Assembly: GCA_048270185.1 (NCBI GenBank) | Contig: JBLWTJ010000001.1 | Location: forward strand, 896,001 to 960,000 | Direction of reading: 5' to 3' | DNA length: 64,000 nt | Origin: Bacteriovoracaceae bacterium | Lineage (GTDB): Bacteria; Bdellovibrionota; Bacteriovoracia; Bacteriovoracales; Bacteriovoracaceae | In this document: positions 27,345 to 37,008 of the stretch, piece by piece | How the letters are laid out: each line of letters starts with the position of its first letter | Numbering within the stretch: position 1 is the first letter of the stretch | Program-made: the position numbers and the translations under genes | The notes under the pieces: model-generated | What the model was told of the DNA's origin: nothing | The model's input: the letters and a program-made list of their open reading frames with translations, nothing else | The model's database searches: none

Positions 27345-30300
27345 TCGAAATATTTGTAAAAAGACCCGCGACAACAATTATCTTCATTGCCATCTTCATG
27401 GTCATGGGGCTTGTTTCAATCGGAAATCTGATTATTGAACCAACACCAAAAATTGACTTACCAATTATTACAGTACAAACGATCTATGCAGGTGCCTCAC
27501 CTGAAGAGATCGAGTCTCAGATCTTAAAGAAAATCGAAGATGAGATTTCTGAAGTATCACAGATTAAGAAGATAAAATCTGATGCTCGTGATAGTTTTGG
27601 TATTGTCGTAATTGAATTTGAAATCGAAGCTGATGCCAACATCAAATCGATTGAAGTTAAAGATAAGGTTGAAGCAATTCTAAACGAGTTCCCAGAGGGG
27701 GCCGATCGTCCAATTATTGCAAAATTTGACCCACTAATTCAGCCAATTACAACAATTGCTCTTTCGAGTTCAAAACACAATCTAACACAGCTTTATGAGT
27801 TTGCTGATAAGAAACTCAAGTCACGCATGTCATCGATTAACGGAGTTGCCTCTGTTGATATTTTCGGTGGACGTGAGCGTGAAATCAATATTGAACTCGA
27901 TAACAACTTACTTATTCAAAATTACTTATCAATTGAAGACGTTATTAATGCTATTCAACGAAAGAACTTAAATATCCCAGGTGGTTCAATTAACCGTATG
28001 GACTCTAAAGTTAGTGTTCGATTTGTCGGTGAATTTGCCAATGTTCAAGAGATTAAAGATCTTGAAGTAGTCTCTCGTGAAGGACAAGTTTTTAAACTTA
28101 GTAAAATTGGTACTGTAAAAGATAGCTTCAAAGATGTAGAGACAATGGCAAAGTTCAACGGACGCGATGTTGTTGGACTTTCAGTTCTAAAACTTTCAGA
28201 TGGTGATGCCATAAAGATCGTACAAAACGTTAAGGGATCTCTTGATCAAATTGAATCAGAGTTACCTGATGGAATGAAACTTGAAGTCGTAGTTGATACG
28301 ACAAGAATTACTCTTGATGATACAAAAGGAACGATCCAATCGATCTTAATTGGTATTGGTTTAACAATTGCTATTCTTCTAACTTTCCTTGGAGATTGGC
28401 GAGGGGCCCTTATTGCAAGTATCGTTATCCCAACTTCAATTATTTCAACTCTATTCTTAATGGATATGGCATCGTTCTCAATTAACGTCATGACTCTCCT
28501 TGCATTTGGTACTTGTCTTGGGACGCTTATTGCCAATGCCCTAATTATTATTGAAAACGTTTATAAACATTTAAAAATGGGAAAAGACCCACAAACAGCC
28601 TCAATTGAAGGAACGCAAGAAGTACTCCTTGCAGTTATGGCCTCGTCTGGAACAAACCTAGTTGTATTTACTCCGCTGGCCTTCATGGGTGGTGTTGTTG
28701 GTAAGTTTATGATGCAATTTGGGATGACTGTTGTTTATGCAACAATCTTTTCAATTCTAGCATCAGTAACACTAACTCCAATGCTATGTTCTCTTCTTCT
28801 TAAAGATCCTGATACTTTAAAAGGACCTTTCCCGAAGCTTTCTCACTTAGTTGATAAAGTTCTAGCATGGGTTACAAAACAATATAAATGGTACTTTGAT
28901 AAATTTATGAATTGGCCAATTACATCAATCATTCTTCTGATGGCCATTTTCTTTACAATTGTTTACCCAGCAAAGAGAATTGGTAATGAGTTCTTACCAA
29001 AGTCTGACCGTGATGATTTTACGGCCTATATTCTTATGCCAGATGGTTCACCTGTTGAAAAAACAGCAGAAGTTACAGCATTAGTTGATGAGCTAATTAG
29101 AAAGAATCCTGAAGTCAAATCAACTCTTTCAGATATTGGATATGACGGTGAAGAAAGAGCACGTATTACAGTTAACTTAACTCCTGCTGCGACTAGAAAG
29201 CGTAGTTATGCTGACTTAATGAATGCAATGATTCCACAAACAGCAAATATCCCCGAAGCCGAGATCACTTATACAGGAGGTAGTCGCTCAGTTTCAAATG
29301 ACGGGGATATTACAATCGATATTCGTGGGCGAAACTTTGAAGATATGGTTACTGCGTCTAAGAAAATGCAAGAGATCATGAAAAACTCTGGTTACTTCGG
29401 TTCGATTGAAAGTTCATACCGAGTTCCAAAGATGGAAGTTCAATTCAAATCTGAGACTCAGAAAGTTATTCGACAAAGCTTAACAAGTGCAAGGATGGGT
29501 GGAGTAATCCGAGCCCTCGTCAATGGTAATGACGATGCTGTTTATAAAGAAGGTGGAGAGGAATATGATATCAACGTAACTCTAGCTCCTGAGTTTAAAA
29601 GAAATATTTCTGACTTTGATAAATTTCTCATTCACGGTAAAGATGGTCTTATTCCAATCTCATCTCTTGGTGAAGTAAAGGTTGTTGAGGCCACTTCCCC
29701 ACTTAAACGTCGTGATAAAGATCGAATCATTCAACTTAAGGCATACGTTGTTAAGGGGATTGTTGGGGCGATTATGGGTGAGCTTGCGACAGAATTTAAT
29801 AAAGCTGATCTTCCAGAAGGTGTTAGTTTTAAATTCTCTGGACAAGCAGAAAGCCAGTCTGAGTCTCAACAAGAAATGGGAAAAGCATTCATGCTAGCGG
29901 TTATCTTAACGTATATGCTACTTGTTGCGATCCTTAACTCTTTTGTCTTCCCTGTTTCAATTGGCTCGGCCATTCTGACTTCATTCCTAGGATCATTTCT
30001 CATGATGTTCTATACAGAGCAGACGATCAATATCGGCTCCATGATGGCCATCGTAATGGTTGTAGGTCTAGCGGTTAACAACGCCATCCTCATGATTGAG
30101 TACACACAACAAAAACTTGAAGAAGGTGTTGAGATCAAAGAAGCACTATGGCTTGGGGCCAGTGAGAAGCTTAAGCCAATTCTTATGACTTCCATTGCAA
30201 TTATCGCAGGGACAATGCCACAGCTCTTTATGATTGATAAGATGAAGTCGGCCATGGGCGCTGTTCTTATCGGCGGGATGCTAGGGTCAATATTCTTTAC

Positions 30301-30415
30301 TTACACTCTTGTTCCGACTCTCCACTTAATCATCTACAAGATTAAGTCTTGGTTTAGCCGAGTCACAAGAAAAGACAATAAAATTAAAGACTTAGAGGTT
30401 ATCGTTAAATCTTAA
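27341..30415 (+). CDS. RND (AcrB/SwrC-like) transporter
   Basis: FVKRP, YAGASPEEIE, VTLTPMLC and PILMTS. 1024 aa. Confidence 0.92.
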   Translation: MIEIFVKRPATTIIFIAIFMVMGLVSIGNLIIEPTPKIDLPIITVQTIYAGASPEEIESQILKKIEDEISEVSQIKKIKSDARDSFGIVVIEFEIEADANIKSIEVKDKVEAILNEFPEGADRPIIAKFDPLIQPITTIALSSSKHNLTQLYEFADKKLKSRMSSINGVASVDIFGGREREINIELDNNLLIQNYLSIEDVINAIQRKNLNIPGGSINRMDSKVSVRFVGEFANVQEIKDLEVVSREGQVFKLSKIGTVKDSFKDVETMAKFNGRDVVGLSVLKLSDGDAIKIVQNVKGSLDQIESELPDGMKLEVVVDTTRITLDDTKGTIQSILIGIGLTIAILLTFLGDWRGALIASIVIPTSIISTLFLMDMASFSINVMTLLAFGTCLGTLIANALIIIENVYKHLKMGKDPQTASIEGTQEVLLAVMASSGTNLVVFTPLAFMGGVVGKFMMQFGMTVVYATIFSILASVTLTPMLCSLLLKDPDTLKGPFPKLSHLVDKVLAWVTKQYKWYFDKFMNWPITSIILLMAIFFTIVYPAKRIGNEFLPKSDRDDFTAYILMPDGSPVEKTAEVTALVDELIRKNPEVKSTLSDIGYDGEERARITVNLTPAATRKRSYADLMNAMIPQTANIPEAEITYTGGSRSVSNDGDITIDIRGRNFEDMVTASKKMQEIMKNSGYFGSIESSYRVPKMEVQFKSETQKVIRQSLTSARMGGVIRALVNGNDDAVYKEGGEEYDINVTLAPEFKRNISDFDKFLIHGKDGLIPISSLGEVKVVEATSPLKRRDKDRIIQLKAYVVKGIVGAIMGELATEFNKADLPEGVSFKFSGQAESQSESQQEMGKAFMLAVILTYMLLVAILNSFVFPVSIGSAILTSFLGSFLMMFYTEQTINIGSMMAIVMVVGLAVNNAILMIEYTQQKLEEGVEIKEALWLGASEKLKPILMTSIAIIAGTMPQLFMIDKMKSAMGAVLIGGMLGSIFFTYTLVPTLHLIIYKIKSWFSRVTRKDNKIKDLEVIVKS

Positions 30416-30430
30416 TGGCCAACCTCGCCA

Positions 30431-30463
30431 GGGCCCGTGAACTCCAGTTGCGGGCCTTTTTTC
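30431..30463 (+). terminator. Intrinsic terminator
   Basis: GGCCCG...CGGGCC followed by a T-run. Confidence 0.7.
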
Positions 30464-30549
30464 TCATGTAATCTTTACCATTCCAAACATCACTGCGCCG
30501 CAATATGCTATATATGTTCATTATTTTTTTGAAGGAAAAGAGAGTGAAT

Positions 30550-31134
30550 ATGAAATCTATTATTCTAACATCAGTTCTGTGCTCTGGAGTAAGCCAGGCC
30601 ATGCCAGTAAAAGTATTCGATGGATCAGTTGTAACTTGTAAATCAAAAGCCGATCTTCACCGTACAAAGCTACAAGCATACAAAGTAAAAAGCTTTAATG
30701 CTGAGCAGTTTGGTGATTATGTTGAAGTAACCCTTAATATCCAAATGTTAGAATGTACTCAAGCAAATAAAGACTTTGCTTTTAAAGAGAAGAATATCTT
30801 TGATCTCTTCTCATATAAGAATGCAAAGAATGAAAATATTGAAGTAAGAACGAAGTCTGCTAATGTTATTTTCTATCAAGACGGTGTCTACAAAAGTCTA
30901 TCTAAAGTAGAAGTAAATGATGGGCATGATATGTCTAAGATTAAAGCAGTTTTTAATGTTCGTGATATTCTTACGAAAGATGAACTTGAACTCTATGAAT
31001 TAGGCGTAGGTGTAAAGCTTAATACAAGCCTTGATTTTAACCTTAATCGTCGTGTTGAAATTAGTAATTCAGAATTTAGTGATGAGTTTAATCAAAGCTA
31101 CGGTGGTTTTAGAATACAATTAGAAATTCAATAA
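30550..31134 (+). CDS. Secreted hypothetical protein
   Basis: Signal peptide MKSIILTSVLCSGVSQA and a beta-rich sequence. Confidence 0.7.
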   Translation: MKSIILTSVLCSGVSQAMPVKVFDGSVVTCKSKADLHRTKLQAYKVKSFNAEQFGDYVEVTLNIQMLECTQANKDFAFKEKNIFDLFSYKNAKNENIEVRTKSANVIFYQDGVYKSLSKVEVNDGHDMSKIKAVFNVRDILTKDELELYELGVGVKLNTSLDFNLNRRVEISNSEFSDEFNQSYGGFRIQLEIQ

Positions 31135-31164
31135 AAAGAAAGGGAGCTTAAAGCTCCCTTTTTT
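31135..31164. terminator. Bidirectional terminator
   Basis: AAAGGGAGCT-TAA-AGCTCCCTTT between convergent genes. Confidence 0.8.
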
Positions 31165-31171
31165 ATTTTCA

Positions 31172-31546
31172 TTATTTTGCTTGAAGCATACCTTTATAAC
31201 GAGTCTTAGTCATTTGATGAACATAAGCTGCTACGTCTTTAATATCTTGAGGCTTAAGACTTCTAACTTTTGTCCACATCATTGATGTGTTCTTAGTCTT
31301 TCTCTTCTTCGATTGAATTGCTTCTACTTGTTCAACAATATAAGCTTCATCAAGACCAGCAATTTGCGGTCCTTTAACGATTGCAAGCTTACCATCTTTT
31401 GCCTTCCCCATACCATCAGCATTGTGGCATAGAGCACAGTTTACTTTCTTATAAATTTTTTGTCCGTTAGCAACATTACCAGCAGCAAATACAGAAGCAC
31501 TTGTACTTAGTACTGCGGCCATTAGTGTGATCTTTAGTAGTTTCAC
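31172..31546 (-). CDS. Monoheme cytochrome c (c553-like)
   Basis: Signal peptide, CALCH, GPQIAGL and a distal Met. Confidence 0.88.
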   Translation of the reverse strand: MKLLKITLMAAVLSTSASVFAAGNVANGQKIYKKVNCALCHNADGMGKAKDGKLAIVKGPQIAGLDEAYIVEQVEAIQSKKRKTKNTSMMWTKVRSLKPQDIKDVAAYVHQMTKTRYKGMLQAK

Positions 31547-31678
31547 AATATATCTCCTTTTATTTATAGCATGCGATTAATTTATAGAATTATCGACAAA
31601 TAGTCAGTAAAATTAAGGGATTTTTTAGCGATGACGCGATATGTATTCCGCTAAATTGGCCCATTATATTTTGACTAA

Positions 31679-32596
31679 ATGGAGGTCAATATAAACTCTA
31701 GTATCATTAGCCTAATTTTAGGTACAATCTGCATAGGATTGGCCCCTATTTTTGTCAAAGACTTAACCTCAAGCCTCTCTCCTAGTATGATCGGCGCATT
31801 ACGCTGCGGCATAGCAGGCGCGATTCTACTAATCTATCAAATCCTGAGAAAAGTCATCTCACAACAACCTTTTATCAGAGATAAGCGCTTCTATACTATG
31901 ACCTGTATCATAGGTTTATTCTTTGCAATGGATTTATTTGTCTGGCACCGTTCTGTTCACCTTATTGGAGCTGGAATGTCGACAATACTGGGAAATACCC
32001 AGGTATTTTATTTACTGATCCTTGGCCTCTTTCTCTATCAAGAAAGAGTTAGCACTAAGAAACTTTTAGTTTTCTTCTTCGCATTCTTTGGAGTTTTTCT
32101 AATCTTAAAGGGTCAAATCGAGTTCTATACAGATGAAGATTTCTTCTGGGGCGTTCTCTTTGGGCTGGCCACAGGGCTTTGCTACTCTCTTTATACTACT
32201 TCGATTAAGAAAACGACGAATATGCAATTTAAACAAAGTGTTAATTCACTACAAATTATCACTTTCTCTTCTCTTGTAACTGGATTTTTACTAGCATTGG
32301 CCTCCCTCTTTGAAGTCCAAAATATTACAAGTATCTCAAGTGTTATAGGCCCAGTTCTAGGGCTGGCCATAGTTTGTCAGATCATTGGATGGAGCCTCAT
32401 CAGCTTTGGACTTAAAACAGCTCCTCTTTCAATTTCAGGTTTGATTATACTTATGCAACCAGTTATTGCTAAAATACTAAGCGTTGCCATATTTAATGAG
32501 CCATTTTCAAAATTAGAATTAATAGGCGCTGCCATTTTATTAACTTGTATTTACTTTGGAACACAAGTGGCAAGACCTCATAAAATAAAGAATTAA
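31679..32596 (+). CDS. DMT/EamA family transporter
   Basis: Ten-TM duplicated EamA pattern. Confidence 0.85.
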   Translation: MEVNINSSIISLILGTICIGLAPIFVKDLTSSLSPSMIGALRCGIAGAILLIYQILRKVISQQPFIRDKRFYTMTCIIGLFFAMDLFVWHRSVHLIGAGMSTILGNTQVFYLLILGLFLYQERVSTKKLLVFFFAFFGVFLILKGQIEFYTDEDFFWGVLFGLATGLCYSLYTTSIKKTTNMQFKQSVNSLQIITFSSLVTGFLLALASLFEVQNITSISSVIGPVLGLAIVCQIIGWSLISFGLKTAPLSISGLIILMQPVIAKILSVAIFNEPFSKLELIGAAILLTCIYFGTQVARPHKIKN

Positions 32597-32606
32597 TAAA
32601 AGGATA

Positions 32607-34979
32607 ATGATGAGAGTAACTTTCTATTTAATTTTGCTATTATTACTTTTAGGAAGTTGCTCAGGGCCAGAAGAATCGATTTATCTTACACCTGAAGTTA
32701 GAAAAGAACATGAGTCACTTTATCAGAATGCTCAAGAGAACTTAGAGCAATCACCTCTCGAATTTAAGAAAAAAAACTTAGAAGAAATTCATCAAGTAGT
32801 TCGAACAAAGCACATTGATTTTAACAAGCAAGTAAAGCCAATTATCGACAATCGTTGCGTCGTTTGTCACAGTTGTTACGATTCTCCTTGCCAGCTAAAA
32901 CTTACAGCAAAAGAAGCCATCACTCGTGGAGCTTCAAAGGAGAAGGTCTATGAGGGCGATCGACTTCTCGCAATCCCCCCAAGTCGACTCTATGTCGATG
33001 CGAAAAATACAAAGCAGTGGCGTTCGAAAGACTTTTATCCCGTTATATCTGATGAGGGCCATGAAGGTCTCAAAGGACTTAATAGCAGTAGTCTTGCTAA
33101 GATGTTACTTCTTAAAAGTCGGATCCCATTACCGCAAACTCCAGTACTTCCTAGCAGCCTAGATTTTAGTTTAGAAAATGATCGTTTTTGTCCTAAGCCT
33201 GAAGAGATGCAAGATTATGCAGAATCATCTCCATTTGGTGGTATGCCTTACGCGCTCCCGGCCCTGACAAAAGCTGAAAATTACACAATTCTAAAATGGG
33301 TTGCCCAAGGTTCGAAGATTGAAGATGAAAATAAGATATCTAAGAGTGATCAAATCTATATTGAGAAGTGGGAAGATTTTCTCAATCAAAAGAGCAATAA
33401 AGCAAAGCTAATGAGCCGCTACCTTTATGAGCACCTCTACTTGGCCTCTTTATATTTTAAGAAAAGTGACACGCCAGTTTTCTATCAATTAGTTCGATCG
33501 AAAACACCGATAGGAAAGCCAGTTGATATTATTGCAACAAGAAGGCCCTTTGATGATCCAAAAATTGAAAAATTCTACTACCGTCTAATTAAAAGAAAAG
33601 AGACGGTCGTTGCCAAGAATCATATGCCATATCTCTTTGATCAAAAGCGTATGAATTGGTATCAAAATTTATTTTTAAAACCAAAGTATATAGTTAAAAA
33701 GCTTCCATCATATAGACCTGATATCGCATCAAATCCATTTGAATCATTTAGAGACATCCCAACGAAGTCAAAGTATGAATTTCTTTTAAAGGAGTCAATG
33801 TATACTATTTCAGGTTTTATAAAAGGCCCTGTTTGCCGCGGACAAATCGCCTTAAATGTTATTCAAGATCATTTTTGGGTCTACTTTCTTGATCCTAAAA
33901 TTTATGACAACAACGATAACACGCTAATACAAGAGCTTGCTCATATGAGTCTTCCCGCAGAGTATTCAAACCGCAAGGGCGGTATTCAGTGGTTCAAATA
34001 CGAAATTGAAGAAAAAAAATATTTAAAGAAGAAATTTGAAGTTATTAATAAGACAAAAGATCTACTATCTATTGATTCTATATGGAATGGAAATAGAAAG
34101 AATCAAAATGCGGCCTTAACAATTTTTCGCCACTTTGACAGTGCCAGTGTCGTCAAAGGTCTAGTCGGACAAGTCCCTAAAACAGCTTGGGTCTTTGACT
34201 ATCCTCTACTTGAAAGAGTTCACTACTTATTAGTTGCAGGCTTTGATGTCTATGCCGATGTCTCTCACCAATTAAACACTAGACTTTATATGGACTTTCT
34301 TCGTATGGAAGGAGAATCTAATTTTCTGGCCTTTTTGCCATCTCAGTCGCGAATTAAAGAAAGAGATCTTTGGTATAAGAATGCATCTGAGAGTGTGAAA
34401 GACCATATCGTTGGCCGTTACGCATGGATAAAGAAAGAGCCAAAGATAAAGTATCAAACAAAGAATCATAAGTATGAGTTACACGAGAAACTTAAGAATC
34501 ATCTTGGAACGGCCCTCAATCACCAGTATGACGTCAGCAATAAGATACTCAGTGCACTCATGACCGAAGTTGATCCTAAGATAGTTGATATGGAGCTCTT
34601 TTCTCAAGTTTCATATTTACTCATTGATAACGAAGTCTATAGTTTGATTCATAATAATGCTCACGAAAATATCACTCACCTTTTAACAGAAGGTAGTAAT
34701 AGGGCCAAGAATGAAGATAGCTTCACTATTGTTAAAGGAGCAGTAGGAACGTATCCAAATACTATTTTTAAAATGAATATAACAGAAGTTCCTGAGTTCG
34801 TAGGCTTGATAGAGAAAGTTACATCACCAAGAGAGTATGCACGATTACTTGATCGTTTTGGCGTACGTCGCAGTAACCAAGACTTCTGGAAAATCCTCGA
34901 TCGTATTCATAAAATCAATAAAGCAGCTGATCCAATTGAATTTGGTCTTCTCGATTTAAATCGTTTAGAAAATCGATAG
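32607..34979 (+). CDS. cti: Fatty acid cis/trans isomerase
   Basis: Lipoprotein signal, RCVVCHSCYDSPCQLKL, IKGPVCRGQIALNVI and a C-terminal GLLDLNRLENR. Confidence 0.92.
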   Translation: MMRVTFYLILLLLLLGSCSGPEESIYLTPEVRKEHESLYQNAQENLEQSPLEFKKKNLEEIHQVVRTKHIDFNKQVKPIIDNRCVVCHSCYDSPCQLKLTAKEAITRGASKEKVYEGDRLLAIPPSRLYVDAKNTKQWRSKDFYPVISDEGHEGLKGLNSSSLAKMLLLKSRIPLPQTPVLPSSLDFSLENDRFCPKPEEMQDYAESSPFGGMPYALPALTKAENYTILKWVAQGSKIEDENKISKSDQIYIEKWEDFLNQKSNKAKLMSRYLYEHLYLASLYFKKSDTPVFYQLVRSKTPIGKPVDIIATRRPFDDPKIEKFYYRLIKRKETVVAKNHMPYLFDQKRMNWYQNLFLKPKYIVKKLPSYRPDIASNPFESFRDIPTKSKYEFLLKESMYTISGFIKGPVCRGQIALNVIQDHFWVYFLDPKIYDNNDNTLIQELAHMSLPAEYSNRKGGIQWFKYEIEEKKYLKKKFEVINKTKDLLSIDSIWNGNRKNQNAALTIFRHFDSASVVKGLVGQVPKTAWVFDYPLLERVHYLLVAGFDVYADVSHQLNTRLYMDFLRMEGESNFLAFLPSQSRIKERDLWYKNASESVKDHIVGRYAWIKKEPKIKYQTKNHKYELHEKLKNHLGTALNHQYDVSNKILSALMTEVDPKIVDMELFSQVSYLLIDNEVYSLIHNNAHENITHLLTEGSNRAKNEDSFTIVKGAVGTYPNTIFKMNITEVPEFVGLIEKVTSPREYARLLDRFGVRRSNQDFWKILDRIHKINKAADPIEFGLLDLNRLENR

Positions 34980-35038
34980 AAGTTATTGTAGTTAATTTTT
35001 TTGTTAATTAATTAAATAAAATTGCCGAGTAATTGCCC

Positions 35039-35800
35039 ATGGATAAAGTACTACTTTCGTGGGTTGGTAACGAAGAAATTGAATCATATTCACCGAGATG
35101 CTCGACGATTAATCGCCTCTTCTCTGCTCTTAGTATAGATTTTAAAACTAAAATTATTGGTATAGACTCTGAACTAAAAGGTGCTAGTGAAAAGCTACGA
35201 GGACTACCTATTATCATCGATGGTAATAAGAAAATCATGGGACAGCGAAATTGTATTAATTATCTTCGCGAACTCAGAGGTGAATCTGAAATTTTTCAAC
35301 TAACTGATGAGCAGAGAATTCAAGAACAAATTCTCTTTGATTGGTGCCTCTCCTCTCTACATGCAACCACAGTATATTTTCAATTTAAAGATATTTCTGG
35401 ATTAAATGGTATGCGAAAAAGAATTTTAAAAAGTGCAAAATTAAATGGTGACACCGAAGATACAATTGAAGATGTGGCCAATCCGATTAAGGAGGCCCTA
35501 TTAAATTATGTCTCAGGCTTTGAAATTATGGATATGGATAAAGATGAGGCCATTGCCTACTTCGACGCACAAGTTTCGTATATCAATGAAATGCTTGGTA
35601 ATAAGCAATTTCTCTTTGGTCATTCATTAAAGGTGATTGATATTGCCATCTACACTCACTTTTCTCGTGCACTACTTCCAGGACTGGCCGCAACTGAGCA
35701 TATAAAGAGAAAGTATAACCGAGTTATTCGCTGGCTTTTGAAAGTAGCCGCTCAAACGAGATCATCAAATAATATTTATCCTTCTCACCTTGAATCATAA
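35039..35800 (+). CDS. Glutathione S-transferase/metaxin-like protein
   Basis: SYSPRC, GLPII and FLFG....VIDIAIY. Confidence 0.65.
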   Translation: MDKVLLSWVGNEEIESYSPRCSTINRLFSALSIDFKTKIIGIDSELKGASEKLRGLPIIIDGNKKIMGQRNCINYLRELRGESEIFQLTDEQRIQEQILFDWCLSSLHATTVYFQFKDISGLNGMRKRILKSAKLNGDTEDTIEDVANPIKEALLNYVSGFEIMDMDKDEAIAYFDAQVSYINEMLGNKQFLFGHSLKVIDIAIYTHFSRALLPGLAATEHIKRKYNRVIRWLLKVAAQTRSSNNIYPSHLES

Positions 35801-35871
35801 TTTCATTTTACGTCGAGTTTGAGCTAAAATTACATAGAATTTATTAATTTTAGCAGTAGGAAATTATCGAG

Positions 35872-36573
35872 ATGAAGGATATCGCAATCATTATGGCAAT
35901 GGATTCAGAGGCCAAGCCACTTTTAGAGATGCTCAATCTAGTAGGTAAAGAAACAAAGCTTGATCCAAAGCTTCCAATGAAACTCTATCGTTGTGAATAC
36001 CACGGTCATAACCTCTCAATTATCATTAGTGGTGAGTGTAAGAACCATGGCGTTCAAAATGTTGGAACAGCTCCGGCCGTTACCTCTACTCTTATTGCCA
36101 TCAGAGACCTAAAGGCTGACTTCATTATAAATGCAGGAACAGCTGGAGGTTTTAGAAAACGTGGTGTTGAAATTGGAGAAGTCTACACAGTCGACACAAC
36201 TGTTTTCCATGATCGTCGTATACCTATTCCTGGCTATGAAAATTACGGAATTTATAAGACAAATCACGAAATGGCACACAAGTATGCAAGTGAGCTTGGC
36301 ATTAAGACAGCAACGATTTCAACAGGTAACTCACTTGATATGTGCAGTGAAGATGAAAAGCTTATAGAGAGCAATAATGCTCACCTCAAGGATATGGAAG
36401 CCGCTTCTATTGCCTGGATTACAGATCAATTCCAAGTTCCTACTCTCTTTCTAAAATCTGTAACTGACATCGTTGACGGAGAGCATCCAACACAGGAAGA
36501 GTTCTTTGCCAATCTGCAATTAGCATCAGATAATTTAGGAAAGAAATTAACGCAACTGATTCAACTGATCTAA
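35872..36573 (+). CDS. mtnN: 5'-methylthioadenosine/S-adenosylhomocysteine nucleosidase
   Basis: IMAMDSEA, INAGTAGG, KDMEAA and KSVTD. Confidence 0.88.
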   Translation: MKDIAIIMAMDSEAKPLLEMLNLVGKETKLDPKLPMKLYRCEYHGHNLSIIISGECKNHGVQNVGTAPAVTSTLIAIRDLKADFIINAGTAGGFRKRGVEIGEVYTVDTTVFHDRRIPIPGYENYGIYKTNHEMAHKYASELGIKTATISTGNSLDMCSEDEKLIESNNAHLKDMEAASIAWITDQFQVPTLFLKSVTDIVDGEHPTQEEFFANLQLASDNLGKKLTQLIQLI

Positions 36574-36583
36574 GGAGAGATTA

Positions 36584-37000
36584 ATGAAGAAGCTAATCGC
36601 AACTCTTATAATATTACCGACTCTAGCTGTACCATGTGGTGGTCAAGAAGGTGAATATCGAATTAATAACGATGGAACAGAAGGTGGATTCGTTTCTGCG
36701 ACGGCCTATGTTTCAAAGAGTGTCTATATTGGTGCGAACGCACAAGTTTGTGACTACGCTCAAGTAACAGGCTCTGCCAAGATCACTGGAAATGCGATTA
36801 TTGCAGATCATGCAAAAGTCTGGGGCAATGCTCACGTTTATGAAAATGCACAAGTATATGATGAGGCTTCAGTTTGGGATAACGCCCAAGCTTATGGTGA
36901 AGCAAGAATCTATGGTTTTGCAGGGCTAAAGGGAAATGTTCGTGTTTACGGAAAAGCACGTATGTTTGATGCAACTTATTCTTCTGGGCGTTACTACTAA
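36584..37000 (+). CDS. Secreted left-handed beta-helix (hexapeptide repeat) protein
   Basis: Signal peptide and repeats such as AQVTGS, AKVWGN, AHVYEN. Confidence 0.75.
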   Translation: MKKLIATLIILPTLAVPCGGQEGEYRINNDGTEGGFVSATAYVSKSVYIGANAQVCDYAQVTGSAKITGNAIIADHAKVWGNAHVYENAQVYDEASVWDNAQAYGEARIYGFAGLKGNVRVYGKARMFDATYSSGRYY

Positions 37001-37008
37001 GGACAAAT

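Noticed and set aside
36700..36970. 18-bp periodicity resembling a tandem repeat array
   Set aside because: It is explained by the hexapeptide repeats of the encoded protein.
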